Part shown: positions 60,789-64,000 of the stretch, one piece after another
How the letters are laid out: each line of letters opens with the position of its first letter
How positions within the stretch are numbered: the first letter of the stretch is position 1
Source: Fibrobacteria bacterium
GTDB taxonomy: Bacteria > Fibrobacterota > Fibrobacteria > UBA11236
Reading direction: 5' to 3'
DNA length: 64,000 nucleotides
NCBI GenBank assembly: GCA_043745805.1
Contig: JAYTSD010000001.1
Coordinates: forward strand, 1 to 64,000
Notes under the pieces: model-generated
What the model saw: only the letters and a program-made list of their open reading frames with translations
The model's database searches: none
What the model was told of the DNA's origin: nothing
Position numbers and translations under genes: made by a program

Positions 60789-61221
60789 GTTGCGGCAAGT
60801 TTTATTGCCAAAAGAAAGCATGCTGTGCCAAGTGCTGGGATTATTTGCCATGTTGCTTTTATTGTGTTTCACAGGCTGTGCCAAGCTATTTCGACCGCAT
60901 TATGCGGATGAATCGGGCTCTGGAATCAATGTGATATTGCGCGCCGAAGATAAAGATGCACGTATACAAATTAATGGCAAGGCGATTATTGGGACTTTAA
61001 TTTACGATGGCGAAAAAAAAGCATCATCCTATTATGTTTATCATTTTCCCCTAACTGAAAAATTTTCGACGGTGAATATTACGGTCCAAAAGGGATCTGT
61101 TTCTAAAATCTTTTCGGTAGAAAGAAAAGCAGCCTCCGGAAGCTGGAGTAATACACCGTTTGTTTTCGTAGACAAATTGACCGGCTCGCTTTATTCCTAT
61201 GATGATATTGTTGTGCCTTAA
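60778..61221 (+). CDS. Hypothetical lipoprotein
   Basis: FTGC lipobox; C-terminal VD.LTGS.Y; start uncertain. Confidence 0.55.
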   Translation: MWNKLRQVLLPKESMLCQVLGLFAMLLLLCFTGCAKLFRPHYADESGSGINVILRAEDKDARIQINGKAIIGTLIYDGEKKASSYYVYHFPLTEKFSTVNITVQKGSVSKIFSVERKAASGSWSNTPFVFVDKLTGSLYSYDDIVVP

Positions 61222-61252
61222 GGTTACTTCGTTACTTGGGCATTTTATCATT

Positions 61253-62167
61253 TCAAAAAATCAACCCATTGGCTTCTAAATATTTCTGTTCTTGTGGAAT
61301 ATTGGAGCTTAAGATTCTTTTTGCGGTAGGAAATTGATTTTTAAAAAAGGTAATTTGTTTTTTTGCGTATTTACGGGTTTGTTGCTGAATCAGATGGACT
61401 GCTTTTTCTAGGGGTAATTTTCCTGTTACAGTATCCGCTAATTCTTTATAGCCAATAGCTTGTAAGCCTGGGCTTTCCCAATCCAAATTTTGTTTGAGAA
61501 GCTGTTGGATTTCATCAAGCCAACCGGTCTTGAGCATTTGCTTGGTGCGTTGATCGATGCGGTTATAAAGTGCGTCTCGCTCTTCATCTATCCATAGTAA
61601 AGGCACAGACGCATACTCATTCGCAATATGTTTTTGGCTGGCAAAAGCCGTATAACTTTGGCCGGTGATTAAAAAATTTTCCCAGAGTTTGCGTATACGA
61701 AAGCCATCATGCGGATGCACCTTGGCGGCGGCGAGTGGATCTAATTGCAACATTTCGGCATGCAGGATGGCCAAACCTTTTTGCGCCACGCGCTCTTCCA
61801 CTTCTGCTTTGATAGCCAGCGGTGTTTCGCCTCGAGTTTGCATAGCAGGATAAAGCCATTCTTTAAGATAAAGACCACTGCCACCTACGACAATAAAATT
61901 TGTTTGGGGATTTTCATTTAAAATTTTTTCTGTGGTTAAAGCAAATTCGCGGGGTGAAAAGGTTTGCGTTATTGGCAAGCAAGAAACTAAATAATGTGGA
62001 ATTAAGACTTGTTCTTCTGGGCTTGGGGAGTTTACGCCAATATGTAAATCGGCATACATTTGCCGAGAGTCCGCAGAAATAATCGTAAACTCATTTCGAC
62101 GGGCAAGATTTAGCGCAAAAGCAGATTTTCCTACCGCCGTGGCCCCACAAATAATCGCCTTCAACAT
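61253..62167 (-). CDS. miaA: tRNA dimethylallyltransferase
   Basis: GATAVGKS, ISADSRQ.Y, VGGSGLY, AIGYKE, YAKKQ.T. Confidence 0.95.
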   Translation of the reverse strand: MLKAIICGATAVGKSAFALNLARRNEFTIISADSRQMYADLHIGVNSPSPEEQVLIPHYLVSCLPITQTFSPREFALTTEKILNENPQTNFIVVGGSGLYLKEWLYPAMQTRGETPLAIKAEVEERVAQKGLAILHAEMLQLDPLAAAKVHPHDGFRIRKLWENFLITGQSYTAFASQKHIANEYASVPLLWIDEERDALYNRIDQRTKQMLKTGWLDEIQQLLKQNLDWESPGLQAIGYKELADTVTGKLPLEKAVHLIQQQTRKYAKKQITFFKNQFPTAKRILSSNIPQEQKYLEANGLIF

Positions 62168-62193
62168 GAAACTAATTTATTATTTTGGCCGGC

Positions 62194-63300
62194 ATGCGTG
62201 TATTGAAGTTGACTCTGTTTTTTATGCTTATCACGGGAGCCATAATTATTGCTGGTAAATGGCTGCCCCATTTATTTATTCCTCATTCTGCCAAAAGCCT
62301 TAATTCTATTGATTCTTTGGGCCAAACTGATAGTGTGGCTATGCTTAAAGATTCCACAAAAGGAAAATGGGCTTCCAAATTAGCTTTCCCTTTAATCCGA
62401 GCCTATAAATTAAATCCTAAAACCTTGCATAAACGTTACAGTTTTTGGGAATTAGCTTTGCCGAAAGGCAAACCGATTCATGAATATGCTTTAGAATTAG
62501 AAAAACTTTGTCGTAGCAAACAAATTAAGGTGATTAAAGGCGTGGAATTACTGCCACGTGATAAACAAGTCGAATACACTTTGGAAAGCGAAGGTGATAC
62601 TTTACGTTTACGCTTAAACTTGAATCAAAATGTATTAGCAGGATCTGCCAAGCTCGCGATTGTTTGGGTGGGTTTGGATTCCTTATCGCCAGCGCAAAGA
62701 GAAGCTTTGATCGAAAGTCCTTGGGAAAAAACCTTGCTACTCAATGCGTTGGAGGATGCTATCAAAGACTGGAATCCTTTGCCGGAACAAAATGAAATCT
62801 TTTTGGAATTGCCCATGGAACCGTCAAATTATGCACAGGCACATAATATTCAAGCGGGACTTTTTATTCATCATAATGAAAAGGAAATCAATAAAACCCT
62901 GGATCAATTGCTGGATGTGGTTCCCAAGGCCAAAGGCTTTGGCAGCAAATGGGGCGATAGAGCAGTCGAAAACCAGCCTTTATTGGAAAAATTTTTTGCT
63001 TATATCGCGCCACGACATTTGGTATTTTTGGATTTGACCGGATCGCAACGTAGTCTGGTGGGGAGTTTGGCGGGGGCGCATGGAGCCTTTTGTAAGGTAA
63101 CGCCGGTGTTTCGCGATAGCTTGCATTTAGAGGCAGAGTTGAACAAAAAAATCATTACCGCACAAAAAAATGGCGATGCTATTTTGGTGATAGCTTATTC
63201 TCCTTTTGTGGCGAGAAGTTTTAGTCAATGGCTACAAACCAATAAAAATGATTTACAAGCAAAAGGTTTAGAGCTAGTAAAGGTCTCCAGTCTCTTTTGA
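62194..63300 (+). CDS. Divergent polysaccharide deacetylase (YibQ-like), membrane-anchored
   Basis: LPMEP motif, P.AKG, L.FLD pattern; N-terminal TM. Confidence 0.65.
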   Translation: MRVLKLTLFFMLITGAIIIAGKWLPHLFIPHSAKSLNSIDSLGQTDSVAMLKDSTKGKWASKLAFPLIRAYKLNPKTLHKRYSFWELALPKGKPIHEYALELEKLCRSKQIKVIKGVELLPRDKQVEYTLESEGDTLRLRLNLNQNVLAGSAKLAIVWVGLDSLSPAQREALIESPWEKTLLLNALEDAIKDWNPLPEQNEIFLELPMEPSNYAQAHNIQAGLFIHHNEKEINKTLDQLLDVVPKAKGFGSKWGDRAVENQPLLEKFFAYIAPRHLVFLDLTGSQRSLVGSLAGAHGAFCKVTPVFRDSLHLEAELNKKIITAQKNGDAILVIAYSPFVARSFSQWLQTNKNDLQAKGLELVKVSSLF

Positions 63301-63334
63301 ATTGCTACTTTTAAAACCATACTGAGGAGAGCCA

Positions 63335-64000
63335 ATGCCAAAACTCGGCGTGAATATTGATCATATTGCCACCTTACGGGAAGCCCGTAAAATTCGTGAA
63401 CCCGATCCGGTTGCTGCCGCTGCACTTTGTGAACTGGCCGGTGCGCATGGGATCACAGTACATTTGCGCGAAGATAGACGCCATATTCAAGAACGGGATG
63501 TGCGATTGCTTCGGCAAACGGTGACCACGCATTTGAATTTGGAAATGGCGGCCACACCGGATATGTTGCAATTCGCTATCGATGTATTACCCGATATGGT
63601 AACCTTGGTGCCGGAAAAGCGTGAAGAGCTCACTACCGAAGGAGGCTTGGATGTGCGCGGTAAACTGGAAGAGATTACTAAAATCACCAATTCTTTACGC
63701 AAACACAAAGTGGAAGTCTCCGTATTTATTGATCCTGATTTAAGCCAAGTGAAAGCCGCCTTACGCGCGGGTGTGCGCTTTATTGAATTGCATACGGGTA
63801 ATTATTGCACCGCTTTTGATTTTGGAGAGGGAAATGAATGGGAAGAAGAACTCAATAAAATTATCGATATGACACAGTTTGCTCGCAAGAATGATATTTA
63901 TGTGAATGCGGGTCATGGATTAAATTATCGTAATGTGAGGCCGGTCGCGGAAATCAAAGGCATTGAAGAATTTAATATTGGCCATGCTATTATCAGTCGC
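63335..64000 (+). CDS. pdxJ: Pyridoxine 5'-phosphate synthase, 3'-truncated by window edge (absent from ORF track)
   Basis: [54 protein letters not shown]. Confidence 0.97.
   Translation, partial: MPKLGVNIDHIATLREARKIREPDPVAAAALCELAGAHGITVHLREDRRHIQERDVRLLRQTVTTHLNLEMAATPDMLQFAIDVLPDMVTLVPEKREELTTEGGLDVRGKLEEITKITNSLRKHKVEVSVFIDPDLSQVKAALRAGVRFIELHTGNYCTAFDFGEGNEWEEELNKIIDMTQFARKNDIYVNAGHGLNYRNVRPVAEIKGIEEFNIGHAIISR

Overview
AT-rich chromosomal window of a Gram-negative bacterium; gene families suggest an environmental Fibrobacterota (inference only). Core content: msbA-like/ICMT-methyltransferase/waaA LPS operon, a CIRCE-controlled groES-groEL-hrcA-grpE-dnaK-dnaJ cluster, hsp20, lipA, pseudouridine synthase, plsC, a short UvrD, rpsU, rimO, a DUF349 protein, a complex I operon lacking nuoEFG (nuoB-C fused, queD at its head), miaA and pdxJ. 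No rRNA, tRNA, CRISPR, integrase or transposase recognised. Best leads: (1) 37.5-45.9 kb, where copies of the DUF349 3' end (two clear, one degenerate) delimit two ~4-kb integrase-free cassettes of secreted-protein genes, each headed by a near-identical 49-bp TGTCA direct-repeat element and a paralogous lead gene, beside a winged-helix protein; (2) an OmpA/peptidoglycan-binding-phospholipase D fusion with a coupled candidate immunity gene; (3) an unannotated ~105-nt structured RNA behind a sigma-54 promoter; (4) a Ser/Thr kinase-FHA-sigma-54 activator module. All calls come from reading motifs by eye; no searches were run.
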